From the NCBI GenBank assembly GCA_964648335.1, contig CAZYLZ010000003.1, positions 7,100 to 71,099 on the forward strand: a stretch of DNA of 64,000 nucleotides, written 5' to 3'. Positions 9,779 through 19,809 of the stretch are shown here, in pieces. The notes beneath the pieces are model-generated. The model worked only from the letters and a program-made list of their open reading frames with translations. It was not told the DNA's origin and did not search any database. The stretch is from an uncultured Candidatus Saccharibacteria bacterium. Its GTDB lineage: Bacteria; Patescibacteriota; Minisyncoccia; Phycocordibacterales; UBA2100. A program made the translations under genes and the position numbers. How positions within the stretch are numbered: position 1 is the stretch's first letter; each line of letters starts with the position of its first letter.

Positions 9779-11998
9779 ATGTTCCGCGCACTCTCATATA
9801 TCTATCGCCACAAAGGGCACATCGCCACCGCACTTGCGACCGCGGCAATCGTAGTGCTTGCTCCGGCATTCCTGCGAATTGATCATGGACACATCGTGCT
9901 CCACCTGAGTGCAGCAGAGGCAGCATGGACGTTCTCGGGCATGATGCGCGAGTTCGTCGCGTGGATCGGCCTTCTCTTCATCTCGTTTGGCGCGCTCGTT
10001 CTTACGATTTCTGGAGCGCTGTTCGATGTCCTCATGGACTGGACCATCATCAATTTTGCGCAGCATTTAGCAGATAATGGCTTGCTATCGAGTATTTCCG
10101 GTGCAAATGATGGAGTCGCAGCGGGACAGGGGTCGATCGAAGTCGTTTGGACAGCCTTCAGGGACATCTCTAACATCGTGATCATCGGAATGTTCATCTT
10201 TGTCGGTATATCGACCATACTCGGTATAGACGAGTTTGGATACAAGAAGTTCATAGCGCGACTCCTTATTGTGGCCATCCTAATCAACTTCAGTCTGTTC
10301 TTCACCAAGATTACAATCGACATCTCGCATGCGCTCGCCGGAACGTTCTACAAGGCGCTTGGTGTACAAATTGAAGGCACGAATACTGGAGGCGGGATAG
10401 CGTCCGGGAGCAACGAGGCGTTTGCGAATTCAGCAGGGAACAACCTCACCGGTGCCAAGGGCATCGCCGGGGCATTCATGACCGCCATGGGCATATCGGG
10501 CACCTACACCGCACAGAAGAATGAGTTGATAAAGATAGGCGAACAAGCAGACAGCACCTTCATGATCCTCTGGGTCGCCATACTGACCACTATCATGCTC
10601 ATCGCGCTTGCGGTGGTGCTCTTTTACGGCTGCTTCCTGCTCGGCACCCGTGGGGTTCTCTTAATATTCCTCCTCCTTTCGTCTTCGTTTGCCTTCGGCT
10701 CGTTCATGATTCCGAAATTTCGCGACCACGACTATGGATGGAAAGGCTGGATCGATACCCTCATACGAAGCGCCTTGTTTGCGCCTTTGTTCCTTCTTTT
10801 CTTGTGGATGGTGCTTTTTGTACTGCGCCAGGTGCCGGCAAGCGCTAAGTCGAACGTGGCAGGGTTTGCGGTCGATGCGACGAATCCGGCTGTATGGACC
10901 TCGACCATCATCTATATACTCTCGCTCGGGCTTTTATATGTTTCGATGAAGGTCGCCAAGAGCTTTTCATCTAATGTCGGAATCATGAGCTCAAGTTTCA
11001 AGTTCGCAGACATGACAGCAGGAGCAGGTAAGTCTGCAGTGATTTTTGCTAGAAACCGGAATCGATTTAACGCAAGCGAGCGCGCACAAGCAACCCTCGC
11101 CAGTGGCACTAAGGACAAGCTCATAGCGCGCGCCAACGCGGGAGGTGTCGGAGGATATGCTGCACAAGTGCAGTTAAACAGGCTCCAGAAGCAGGCGAAA
11201 GGGGAATTCGGTATGGCAAGCGCCGCGATCACCACAAAATTAGATAACTACGCGAAGTCCTGGACGCAGGGTGCAGGCAAAGGAGGTGCTGCCGCGCGCG
11301 CCGCAGAGCATGAGAAACACGAGATTGAAAAGATCGAGAAGGGAATCACCACGGTCGCTCCAAGTAAGGAAGCAGAGAAAAAAGTACTCGAAACCGGAAT
11401 GCAAGAAGCAAAGAGTGCCATCAAAGCCGAATATCAGAAGGCATTGGACGATCACAAAGCCAATAACCAAGCACTGAAAGATAGTGAGGCAGAAGTCGAG
11501 CGTGACGAGAAAGAAATCGAGACAATCACCAAAAAAGTTACGGAAGGTAACGCAAGTGCACAAGATATAGCAAGAAAGAATAACCTTGCCCTCAACGTTA
11601 AGGCAGTTGCCTCAAAGATCGCCATAACGAAAGCTGCGATCAACGCAGATAGAGAGAAGGGCATCAAATCATTTAGTGAAGCGATTGACGAGCATGTAGA
11701 AAAAACCATGGACCAAACTCATGGCAAGGTGATACAAGACTCACTCAAGAGAGCGAAGTCAAAAATTGAAGATATGAAAAATGAGAATCGTGACCTGTAT
11801 CTGACCCGCACAGTATCGAATCCTGTTAGACGCGACCAGATGCGTAGTGCCCTGAAGAGCAGTGCCGATGATAAGAAACTCAAGGCCGCCGCAAAGGCAT
11901 TTGCAAAACTGAGCGGTGCGGCAGAACCAGCTCCGCAAGCAGCACCATCCGCACCAGCACCTGGAACCCCGGCAGCAAATCCGCCCACCACTCCTTAA
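9779..11998 (+). CDS. VirB6/TrbL-like polytopic membrane protein with coiled-coil and Pro/Ala-rich tail
   Basis: At least 7 predicted TM helices in the first 400 aa; Lys/Glu-rich coiled coil and C-terminal PAPQAAPSAPAPGTPAANPPTTP. Architecture resembles large VirB6/TrbL proteins; sits next to a VirB4 ATPase. Confidence 0.5.
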   Translation: MFRALSYIYRHKGHIATALATAAIVVLAPAFLRIDHGHIVLHLSAAEAAWTFSGMMREFVAWIGLLFISFGALVLTISGALFDVLMDWTIINFAQHLADNGLLSSISGANDGVAAGQGSIEVVWTAFRDISNIVIIGMFIFVGISTILGIDEFGYKKFIARLLIVAILINFSLFFTKITIDISHALAGTFYKALGVQIEGTNTGGGIASGSNEAFANSAGNNLTGAKGIAGAFMTAMGISGTYTAQKNELIKIGEQADSTFMILWVAILTTIMLIALAVVLFYGCFLLGTRGVLLIFLLLSSSFAFGSFMIPKFRDHDYGWKGWIDTLIRSALFAPLFLLFLWMVLFVLRQVPASAKSNVAGFAVDATNPAVWTSTIIYILSLGLLYVSMKVAKSFSSNVGIMSSSFKFADMTAGAGKSAVIFARNRNRFNASERAQATLASGTKDKLIARANAGGVGGYAAQVQLNRLQKQAKGEFGMASAAITTKLDNYAKSWTQGAGKGGAAARAAEHEKHEIEKIEKGITTVAPSKEAEKKVLETGMQEAKSAIKAEYQKALDDHKANNQALKDSEAEVERDEKEIETITKKVTEGNASAQDIARKNNLALNVKAVASKIAITKAAINADREKGIKSFSEAIDEHVEKTMDQTHGKVIQDSLKRAKSKIEDMKNENRDLYLTRTVSNPVRRDQMRSALKSSADDKKLKAAAKAFAKLSGAAEPAPQAAPSAPAPGTPAANPPTTP

Positions 11999-12014
11999 TA
12001 ATCATCACTAATGT

Positions 12015-12626
12015 ATGTCTCAGACCGAATTTGATCAGATGGTAGCCACCGAGTTCCAGAAACTCCCCAAGGTGGTGCAAGAAGCCATCAGTGCTGCCGA
12101 TGTTCAAAAACACCTGCGTGCACTTTCGCAGAAGCACCAACTGCACCTGGACCAATGGAGCGCGCTTGAAAACGAGGTGATGATGATCGTGATAGGGATG
12201 GACCCCACTGATGCGCTCGAGGCGAACATCATAAAAGAAGTAGGACTGGCGCCCGATGTGGCCCGAAACGTCGCAAACGATATCAACACCGAAGTATTCG
12301 AGCCTATCCGCAAAAAACTGGAATCGACAGTGGCGGAAAACGCGCCTGCACCCCTTGTCGAAGAAGCGGACCCTACACAGCTCGCGTCCGAGCGCGCGCC
12401 AGAAGTCACGGTACCGAAAGTTGTCGAGCCTCCACCACCCAAGGCGACACCGACGGAAGTGACACTCTCACACCTTAAGAGCTCGCCTGATGTCGGTATC
12501 GCCCATGAAGCGCCCGCCGCTTCCACCGAACCTAAGGCAAAGAGGGGATCGCTCGACGCCGGAACCGCACCAGTGCACGCGACGATGCCACGGCAGAGCG
12601 ACCCATACCGCGAGCCGCTCGCATAA
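12015..12626 (+). CDS. hypothetical protein, Pro-rich C-terminal half
   Basis: ORF with consistent orientation and spacing in the cluster; no known motif. Confidence 0.4.
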   Translation: MSQTEFDQMVATEFQKLPKVVQEAISAADVQKHLRALSQKHQLHLDQWSALENEVMMIVIGMDPTDALEANIIKEVGLAPDVARNVANDINTEVFEPIRKKLESTVAENAPAPLVEEADPTQLASERAPEVTVPKVVEPPPPKATPTEVTLSHLKSSPDVGIAHEAPAASTEPKAKRGSLDAGTAPVHATMPRQSDPYREPLA

Positions 12627-12686
12627 CGATTGCTTTGTTCCCACACAAACGCCGTTTGTGCGTGGTTTGATTGCTATACTGTATTC

Positions 12687-13178
12687 ATGCAATTTCAGGT
12701 ACCTCAGTTCATCGAGGTCGAAGACAAAATCTTCGGGCCTTTTACCTTGAAACAGTTCATATTCATCATCGGCGGAGCAGGGCTCTCGTTTGTCCTGTGG
12801 AAGCAGCTGCCGTCATTTGCATCTTTGCCGCTCGTCATAATGGTACTGAGCGCAAGCGGCGCCCTGGCCTTCATGAAATACAACGACCGACCGTTCATTA
12901 TGGGTGTCGAGAACGCCTTTTATTTCTTTTTTCGCGAAAAGCTCTATCTTTGGAACTCTGACAAGAAGAAAAAGAGCAAAAAGGCCGTAGAAGCGGCGAT
13001 AGCCCAGGAGCAGGTCCGCATACCAACGCTGTCTGACAGCAAGCTCCATGACCTCGCGTGGAGTCTCGATATCAAAGAGAAAGTCGACCAGGCACATAAC
13101 CGCGAATCGACCTTGGTAAGCCGCGGCCTGGGCGGAATATCCGGACTTACCAGCGCTCGGGACGCTCGAATACGCTAA
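12687..13178 (+). CDS. small two-TM membrane protein, VirB3/PrgI-like candidate
   Basis: MQFQVPQFIEVEDKIFGPFTLKQFIFIIGGAGLSFVLW... plus a second helix LVIMVLSASGALAF; size and topology like VirB3/PrgI; located upstream of the VirB4-like ATPase. Confidence 0.45.
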   Translation: MQFQVPQFIEVEDKIFGPFTLKQFIFIIGGAGLSFVLWKQLPSFASLPLVIMVLSASGALAFMKYNDRPFIMGVENAFYFFFREKLYLWNSDKKKKSKKAVEAAIAQEQVRIPTLSDSKLHDLAWSLDIKEKVDQAHNRESTLVSRGLGGISGLTSARDARIR

Positions 13179-13180
13179 TT

Positions 13181-13846
13181 ATGGTCTCTCAAAAAGGAAA
13201 AGCATCGCAGGATTTCGTGCCCGTCCAGGAGGTGCGCGATGGCGTCGTGGTGCTCAAAGACGGGGGATTGCGAGTTATCCTCATGGCATCATCGCTCAAC
13301 TTTGCACTCAAATCCGAGGACGAGCAGACGGCGTTCATCATGCAGTTTCAGAACTTTCTTAACTCACTCGATTTCTCGTGCCAGATCTTCATTCAATCGC
13401 GTCAGCTCGATATCAGGCCCTATATAGCCTCGCTCGAGGTCGAGTACAAGCGTCAGCTCGACGACCTCATGCGCATCCAGATACGCGAATACATCGAGTT
13501 CGTAAAGAGCTTCACCGAGGCTGCAAGCATCATGACCAAGAACTTCTTCGTGATTGTCCCGTACAGCCCCGCCTTGGTCGGCCCTAATTCGGGCAATAGC
13601 GCATTCCCGGCGATGCCCTGGTCAAAAGCGAAGACCGATGCTGCCGAGGTAAACCACACTTTCGAAGAGAATGTGTCGCAGATGGAGCAACGTGTCTCGG
13701 TAGTGCAGCAGGGTCTCATTCGCAGCGGCGTGCGCACTGTGCAGTTAGGCAGCGAGGAGGCAATCGAGCTCTTGTACCGCATGTTCAACCCAGGAGAACA
13801 AGACAAGCCCGTTCATATCCTTGAACAAGAAGCAGGAACCCAATGA
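13181..13846 (+). CDS. hypothetical protein, T4SS-associated (possibly VirB4 N-terminal-like)
   Basis: Immediately precedes the VirB4-like gene in a different frame; N-terminal FVPVQEVRDGVVVLKDGGL... loosely resembles VirB4/TraC N-terminal regions. Confidence 0.4.
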   Translation: MVSQKGKASQDFVPVQEVRDGVVVLKDGGLRVILMASSLNFALKSEDEQTAFIMQFQNFLNSLDFSCQIFIQSRQLDIRPYIASLEVEYKRQLDDLMRIQIREYIEFVKSFTEAASIMTKNFFVIVPYSPALVGPNSGNSAFPAMPWSKAKTDAAEVNHTFEENVSQMEQRVSVVQQGLIRSGVRTVQLGSEEAIELLYRMFNPGEQDKPVHILEQEAGTQ

Positions 13847-13869
13847 CGAACGGGTGATAGAATGTTCCC

Positions 13870-15789
13870 ATGTCTCTTCTCGATATGTTGGGCAAGAAGA
13901 AGGAGCAAGAAGCTGCGGCGCAGGTGATGCCGGTCTTGCCCGACGAGATTTACGAACGCGGCGTGCTCGAGCTGCAGGACGTGATAGCTCCATCAGCGCT
14001 CAAGATCTCATCTCGCGAGCTTAATTTAGGAGAAAAGATAGCACGCACGTTCTTTGTTATCTCATACCCACGCTTCCTTACGACCGGCTGGTTCTCGCCG
14101 ATCATCAACCTCGACAAGGTGCTCGACATCTCGATTTTTGTTCACCCAATGGATACAAATACCGTCTTGCGTAAATTCCAGAAGAAAGTCGCCGAGGTCC
14201 AGAGCCAGATAACTATTCGCGAAGAGAAGGGGATGGTGCGTGATCCGATGCTCGACACCGCGTACGCAGACCTCGAGCAGTTGCGCGACTCGCTTCAACA
14301 GGCGCAAGAGAAGCTCTTCGAGGTGGGTCTCTATATGACCATCTATGGCACGAGCCGCGAAGACGTCGACAAGGCCGAGTCCGAGATCCGCTCGATCCTC
14401 GAGTCGCGCCTCGTGTATGTGCGACCAGCCCTTTTCCAGCAAGAACAAGGCTTCAGATCGGTGTTGCCTATAGCCAAAGACGAACTCAATGTACACACCA
14501 AACTCAATTCATCCCCGCTTTCCTCGATATTCCCGTTCATTTCGTTCGACCTTACGTCGGACAAAGGCATCCTCTACGGCATCAACAGGCATAACTCGTC
14601 CCTTATATTGTTCGACCGTTTTTCCCTCGAAAACTACAATTCAGTCACCTTTGCGAAGTCGGGATCCGGAAAGTCATATACCACCAAGCTCGAGATCTTG
14701 CGCAGTCTCATGTTCGACACCGAGGTCATCGTCATCGACCCTGAGCGCGAATATGAGTATCTTGCCGAGACCGTCGGCGGTCGGTATTTCAACATATCAC
14801 TCTCTTCCGAGCACCATATAAACCCGTTCGATTTGGCTCCGCCGCGCGAGGATGAAGCCGCAGCCGACGTTTTGCGCAACAATATCATCACCCTGGTCGG
14901 CTTGTTCCGGATCATGCTCGGCGGTCTCACCCCCGAGGAAGATGCGATCATTGACCGAGCCATCACCGAAACATATGCGCTCAAGGACATCACACAAGAC
15001 GCCGACTTTACCTCAATCGAGCCGCCGCTTCTCTCTGACTTCGAACTGGTGCTCTCTGGCATGGAAGGGTCCGACAGCTTAGTACAGCGTCTCTCTAAGT
15101 ACACCAAGGGAACATGGTCGGGCTTCATGAACAAGCCAACGAACGTCGACATGAACAAGAAACTCATCGTATTCTCAGTGCGCGACATGGAAGACGATCT
15201 CAAGCCGGTCGCTATGTACATAATCACGCACCACATATGGAATATGGTGCGCAAAGAACTGCGCAAGCGCCTTCTCGTGATCGACGAGGCCTGGTGGATG
15301 ATGCGCAGCCAAGACACCGCGTCGTTCTTGTTTGGCATCGCCAAGCGCGGTCGTAAGTACTACCTCGGGATATCGACCATAACCCAGGACGTCTCGGACT
15401 TCTTGAACTCGCCTTATGGCATACCGATGATCACCAACTCATCGATCCAGCTTTTGTTGCGCCAATCGCCGACGTCGGTGGACCTTGTGCAGCAGACATT
15501 CAAGCTCTCCGACGAAGAGAAATACCTGCTTCTCGAGTCAGATGTAGGGGAGGGAATCTTCTTCGCAGGACTCAAGCACGTCGCCATCAAGATCATCGCA
15601 AGTTACACAGAAGATCAGATCATCACCTCGGACCCGTCCCAGATACTCGCCATCAAAAAGGCTAAACAAGCACAGTCTGCTGACGCTGACATCGACAATC
15701 CACTTCCTCCACCCACAACAACCGCATCAGCACCTCGATTTGCAACACAAGAAGGAGCGGCACTACAGGGAAGCCAGGTACCCAATTAG
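13870..15789 (+). CDS. VirB4/TraC/TrbE-family type IV secretion ATPase
   Basis: Walker A FAKSGSGKSYTTK, Walker B with the family-specific RLLVIDEAWWMM (DEAW) motif, and GISTITQ motif. Confidence 0.8.
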   Translation: MSLLDMLGKKKEQEAAAQVMPVLPDEIYERGVLELQDVIAPSALKISSRELNLGEKIARTFFVISYPRFLTTGWFSPIINLDKVLDISIFVHPMDTNTVLRKFQKKVAEVQSQITIREEKGMVRDPMLDTAYADLEQLRDSLQQAQEKLFEVGLYMTIYGTSREDVDKAESEIRSILESRLVYVRPALFQQEQGFRSVLPIAKDELNVHTKLNSSPLSSIFPFISFDLTSDKGILYGINRHNSSLILFDRFSLENYNSVTFAKSGSGKSYTTKLEILRSLMFDTEVIVIDPEREYEYLAETVGGRYFNISLSSEHHINPFDLAPPREDEAAADVLRNNIITLVGLFRIMLGGLTPEEDAIIDRAITETYALKDITQDADFTSIEPPLLSDFELVLSGMEGSDSLVQRLSKYTKGTWSGFMNKPTNVDMNKKLIVFSVRDMEDDLKPVAMYIITHHIWNMVRKELRKRLLVIDEAWWMMRSQDTASFLFGIAKRGRKYYLGISTITQDVSDFLNSPYGIPMITNSSIQLLLRQSPTSVDLVQQTFKLSDEEKYLLLESDVGEGIFFAGLKHVAIKIIASYTEDQIITSDPSQILAIKKAKQAQSADADIDNPLPPPTTTASAPRFATQEGAALQGSQVPN

Positions 15790-15794
15790 CCTCC

Positions 15795-16844
15795 ATGAAC
15801 CGACTCGCTTTCTCTTTCTTACTCATCTTGTCTGGACTCCTTTCGGTGCCGGTATTCACGTACGCACAATCACTGCTCGACGATGTTGGTTCAACGCTCA
15901 CTATTCAACTGACCCCAGAAAACGTCGCTCCGGGCCAAGTGATTACAGTCGAACTATCGAATTTCAGCCGTGACTTCAGTCTCGCCACAGTGGCATGGTC
16001 GGTTGATGGAAAAATTGTCGCAAGCGGTTTAGGACTAACCACTACCACTGTGCAGGCCGGATCTCTCGGTTCCCAGAAAAGAGTTGCGGTTGCTGCCCAG
16101 TTTCCCGACGGGTCGATACTTAGCGGCTCTACGACATTGACACCTTCGGTCGTAAGTCTGGTATGGGAAGCGGAGACGTACACACCCCCATGGTACCGTG
16201 GAAAAGCCCTCGCCTCGCCCGGGTCGGTAGTCCGCGCATCGGCCGAAGCATGGTTTATCCGCAAGGACGGATCTCGGATCTCGAACGACCAGATACTATT
16301 CAGCTGGAAACGCAACGGGATTCTTCTCACAACATTGTCCGGAGTAGGAAAGAGCACCTTAACAATGCCGGCCCCCCAGCTACACGCCGATGACAGTCTC
16401 TCAGTCACTGCCTCGAGCCGGGACGGATCATTCGAGGGTAATTCGATAGTCGTCATCCCATCTGCTTCCGTACAACCCGTCTTATACCCGACATCGCCAA
16501 CCGGCGGTGTCTCGTACATTTCAGCACTCGGTGAATCGGTTACGGTCATCGACAGCGAAACGACGGTCGTCGCTGAACTATATTTTGCAAGCATACGTAA
16601 CCGCAATGACGCGCAGATGCAATACCAATGGTCGGTCAACGGCGAGGTGTCACGACCGGAATCAGAAGCATCTAAACTCACGATCGCGCTTGCCAACACC
16701 GGTGCCGTCACAGCGAAAATCACTCTTGCCGTCAATCATGCTGCCAATATCTTACAAGCGGCTACTCGTACTTGGATACTCAATCTCGACTCGCGCGGGA
16801 TTCCATCGACAGCAGCCGATCCGTTCACCTCATCAGTGCTATGA
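15795..16844 (+). CDS. secreted hypothetical protein (349 aa)
   Basis: Signal peptide MNRLAFSFLLILSGLLSVPVFTYAQ; β-rich composition; stop overlaps the next start (ATGA). Confidence 0.5.
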   Translation: MNRLAFSFLLILSGLLSVPVFTYAQSLLDDVGSTLTIQLTPENVAPGQVITVELSNFSRDFSLATVAWSVDGKIVASGLGLTTTTVQAGSLGSQKRVAVAAQFPDGSILSGSTTLTPSVVSLVWEAETYTPPWYRGKALASPGSVVRASAEAWFIRKDGSRISNDQILFSWKRNGILLTTLSGVGKSTLTMPAPQLHADDSLSVTASSRDGSFEGNSIVVIPSASVQPVLYPTSPTGGVSYISALGESVTVIDSETTVVAELYFASIRNRNDAQMQYQWSVNGEVSRPESEASKLTIALANTGAVTAKITLAVNHAANILQAATRTWILNLDSRGIPSTAADPFTSSVL

Positions 16845-18070
16845 ATAAGAACTCGCGTTCGTTTGGATGGACAGGGTTCGTCATCGGACTCGTGGTCATC
16901 ATAGCGTTAGCACTCTTTGCTTGGTATCTCTACCTACACAATGCCCAAAATCGCCTCGATACTGTCTCGAGCGGCCGCGGTTTTGGACAGAATACAGAGG
17001 TCTTTGGAACTCCCATCGGCGCTCTCTCGGTCGTCGGGGTTGAGCGTGGCAAAGGAATCGTCGCGACAGCGACATTACCAGCATTCGCTCAGGCGAGCGC
17101 GGCGCCCAGTAGCGCACCATATTATTCTGGATCGAGCACGATAGCGCGATTCGCCGACATCCAGAATGGAAACATCTACGATGTCGATCTTTCTAATGGC
17201 AGCATCACGCGCGTCACGAACACTCTCATCGCCAAGGTAGGGGAGGTGGTGTGGATCGACTCATCACGAGTCCTTTTGCGTGCCGTCGATGACGCAGGAC
17301 ACATCACAACACTCAATGCCTCAATCTCGGGTAGCACTACGCCAAAAATTCTCACCGGGACGTATCTCGAGGAGGATATTGCGTCTTTGGCAGCATCACC
17401 TGACGGGACGATGCTCGCACGATTGGTGCCTACCTCAAAAGGGGTCGATCTTATTCGATCGAAACCTGATGGATCTGCGGCAAAACGCCTATGGTCAAGC
17501 GGGGTACGCGGATGGACCTTGTCTTGGATAAAACCGCGCACTATCTTTGCCACAAGCCGCGCAAGCGCAGGGGTCAGCGGCTCCTTGTATGGAATCAATG
17601 CAGACACCGGGGACAGTACGGCCTATATCGTCGATGTGCCAGGCCTCACTGCGCGCATGAGCCCAAAGAACGCAAATCTCGTTTATAGCGCTTCATATAG
17701 TGACCGAACAGTGCTCTTTTACCGTGCTGCGAGCTCAACAGACGCGGTACGTCTTCCACTTAAAACACTCGCCGAGAAATGTGTATGGAGCACTACGGAA
17801 GCAGACATTCTTTACTGCGCCGTACCTCGATCGATACCTGCCAATGTTGTGTACCCCGATGATTGGTACCGCGGCGAATTTCACACGAGCGATGACTGGT
17901 TTATAATCCATCTCGCAGACAATACTGTTGTACCGCTTTCGGGTACCGAATTCGACACAATAGGCGATGTCGATGTAAGTAACCCGACCATCGACCATTC
18001 AGGAAAGCATATCGTCTTCATCGACGCAAAGACCAACAACCCATTCATCATAACCATCGCAAAGCAATGA
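16841..18070 (+). CDS. membrane-anchored protein with a TolB/PD40-like β-propeller region
   Basis: N-terminal TM (GFVIGLVVIIALALFAWYLYL); repeated SPDG.../DG.. blades (ASPDGTMLARL, KPDGSAAKRL); start from the internal Met overlapping the upstream stop. Confidence 0.45.
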   Translation: MNKNSRSFGWTGFVIGLVVIIALALFAWYLYLHNAQNRLDTVSSGRGFGQNTEVFGTPIGALSVVGVERGKGIVATATLPAFAQASAAPSSAPYYSGSSTIARFADIQNGNIYDVDLSNGSITRVTNTLIAKVGEVVWIDSSRVLLRAVDDAGHITTLNASISGSTTPKILTGTYLEEDIASLAASPDGTMLARLVPTSKGVDLIRSKPDGSAAKRLWSSGVRGWTLSWIKPRTIFATSRASAGVSGSLYGINADTGDSTAYIVDVPGLTARMSPKNANLVYSASYSDRTVLFYRAASSTDAVRLPLKTLAEKCVWSTTEADILYCAVPRSIPANVVYPDDWYRGEFHTSDDWFIIHLADNTVVPLSGTEFDTIGDVDVSNPTIDHSGKHIVFIDAKTNNPFIITIAKQ

Positions 18071-18573
18071 AACAAAATCCGCTCATAGAACGAATGAAGG
18101 GTGCCCGGCTCGCATATCCCACGTTCCTGGTGAGTGATTTTCAGAACGCAAACCTGTTTAAAAACATGACGGCGGCCAACGACCTTTCAGGTTTTATAAA
18201 CGGCATTTTCAAGATAGCTATCGTTGTTGGCGCAATGCTCGCGGTATTGCGCCTGGTTTACGCAGGATTCCTCTATATGGGGACCGATATTTTCGATAAG
18301 AAAGGGGCAGCGAAAGAGGCCATCCAGAATGCACTGATCGGCCTTCTCCTTCTCGTCACGACATACATCTTACTCAACCAGATAAATCCCGACATCCTCA
18401 ACCTTAATATCACCCAGAACCTAAAGGCTCCCTCCACAGCAAACGACCCTTCGACACCCCAAAGCGCGGGTACCGCCTCATCTGCGGCGACCTACCAAGC
18501 ACCGAACATCATCACTGATCCAATAAGTGGTGAATCAAAATATTGCTCGCTGGACACTGGAATCTGTCAATAG
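18067..18573 (+). CDS. small membrane protein, VirB2/TrbC-like pilin candidate
   Basis: Two hydrophobic helices (IFKIAIVVGAMLAVLRLVYAGFL; LIGLLLLVTTYILL) separated by a short loop, about 168 aa; last gene of the block. Confidence 0.4.
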   Translation: MKQNPLIERMKGARLAYPTFLVSDFQNANLFKNMTAANDLSGFINGIFKIAIVVGAMLAVLRLVYAGFLYMGTDIFDKKGAAKEAIQNALIGLLLLVTTYILLNQINPDILNLNITQNLKAPSTANDPSTPQSAGTASSAATYQAPNIITDPISGESKYCSLDTGICQ

Positions 18574-18579
18574 CCCGGA

Positions 18580-19032
18580 CTACGCAGCTTTGTACTTGAT
18601 GACGACGCGACGATTCTTTCCTTCGCCTTGTGACTCCGTTTTGAGATCCTGCATTTCACCGAGCGTCGCATGTACGATGAGTCTCTCGTAGGCACTCATT
18701 GGGGGGAGCTCTACATCGTACTGAAAAGACCGAGCTCGTTCAGCCATCATCTTTGCACGTGTTTGGATCTCTTGGATTTGTTCTTTACGGAAACCGTTTA
18801 CGTCCACTGTGTAGTGCTCACTCTCGATACCACGATGCTCCGCTATCTTCTTTATTATCAGCTCGAAGGCGCGCAATGTCTCACCACGAGGTCCGATGAG
18901 AGCTCGCGGGTCGGGAACAAGGATAGAAAACAAGGTTTGCCCGGCCATAGTCTCGACAACCACAGAATCTGGCGTAACTCCTAGGGTGACCAACAGTTCT
19001 GTTATGACGGTTTGTATCAGTGTTGTATCCAT
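18580..19032 (-). CDS. jag: Jag/KhpB RNA-binding protein (KH + R3H domains)
   Basis: Conserved Jag block LIGPRGETLRAFELII and C-terminal R3H-like motif; sits immediately downstream of yidC as in most bacteria. Confidence 0.8.
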   Translation of the reverse strand: MDTTLIQTVITELLVTLGVTPDSVVVETMAGQTLFSILVPDPRALIGPRGETLRAFELIIKKIAEHRGIESEHYTVDVNGFRKEQIQEIQTRAKMMAERARSFQYDVELPPMSAYERLIVHATLGEMQDLKTESQGEGKNRRVVIKYKAA

Positions 19033-19035
19033 ATA

Positions 19036-19776
19036 TTATGCTTGTGTTTCGTGATTCTCGCGGCGTACCAGGTATTCCTGCACTAAAGAGAATAGGTTAC
19101 TCACCGTTAGGTAGAGAGCGACGCCTGCGCTCGCTTTGTATGCGATAAATCCCACTATAAGTGGAAGGACGTATCGCATTTGGAGGCTCATACTGCGGGC
19201 GAAATCGTCCTGAAAGGATGGTGGAGCGTCTTTCTTTGGTGGTGTTGCAGCCGGTGTTGCAAGCCATGCGTACGCCATTTGGGATGCCGCAGCTGTTATC
19301 GCCAGTATAATGCTTGGAACCGCGAGATTCACAAGGCCGATAAACAACATATTGACCTCTCCAGGAACCGGCACGAATGAATACAGGAGTGTCGGATCGA
19401 TTACGGGGAGGTGTCCTTTAAAAAAGACCCAGTAGAGACCTATGATGATCGGTAATTGAACCAGAATAGGGACAAGACCCGAAAGAGGGTGGATATTGTG
19501 CTCTTTATAGAGCTCGAGCATCTTTTTTGCCTGTTCTTCTTTATTTTGGTACTTACGCTTCAGTTCTTCGAGCTTAGGCGCAAGCTTTTTCATCTCGATC
19601 TGGGTGCGTGTCGCTTCGCGAGCGATAGGGAACAGTATGAATTTAACGAGGAGTGTGAGTGCAATCGTCGCAAGTCCCACATCATGGTTTGGTACCACTG
19701 ATATGAGAGTAACCAAACCATTGTAGAGAGGAACGAAAATCGCACTATGGAAAGCGGCAGAAATCATCCTGCGCAT
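19036..19776 (-). CDS. yidC: membrane protein insertase YidC/Oxa1 (short form)
   Basis: YidC signature: TM1, KFILFPIA, coiled loop (LAPKLEELKRKYQNKEEQAKKMLELYKEHNIHPLSG), C-terminal TMs; classic rnpA-yidC synteny. Confidence 0.85.
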   Translation of the reverse strand: MRRMISAAFHSAIFVPLYNGLVTLISVVPNHDVGLATIALTLLVKFILFPIAREATRTQIEMKKLAPKLEELKRKYQNKEEQAKKMLELYKEHNIHPLSGLVPILVQLPIIIGLYWVFFKGHLPVIDPTLLYSFVPVPGEVNMLFIGLVNLAVPSIILAITAAASQMAYAWLATPAATPPKKDAPPSFQDDFARSMSLQMRYVLPLIVGFIAYKASAGVALYLTVSNLFSLVQEYLVRRENHETQA

Positions 19777-19809
19777 TCTATCTCACAAACCATGACCTGC
19801 ACAGTCTTA

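Noticed and set aside
13181-13846. Calling 13181..13846 + 13870..15789 a single frameshifted VirB4 pseudogene
   Set aside because: Only weak N-terminal resemblance. The two ORFs are in different frames with clean stops, so they are kept as separate genes and the issue is flagged as a finding instead.
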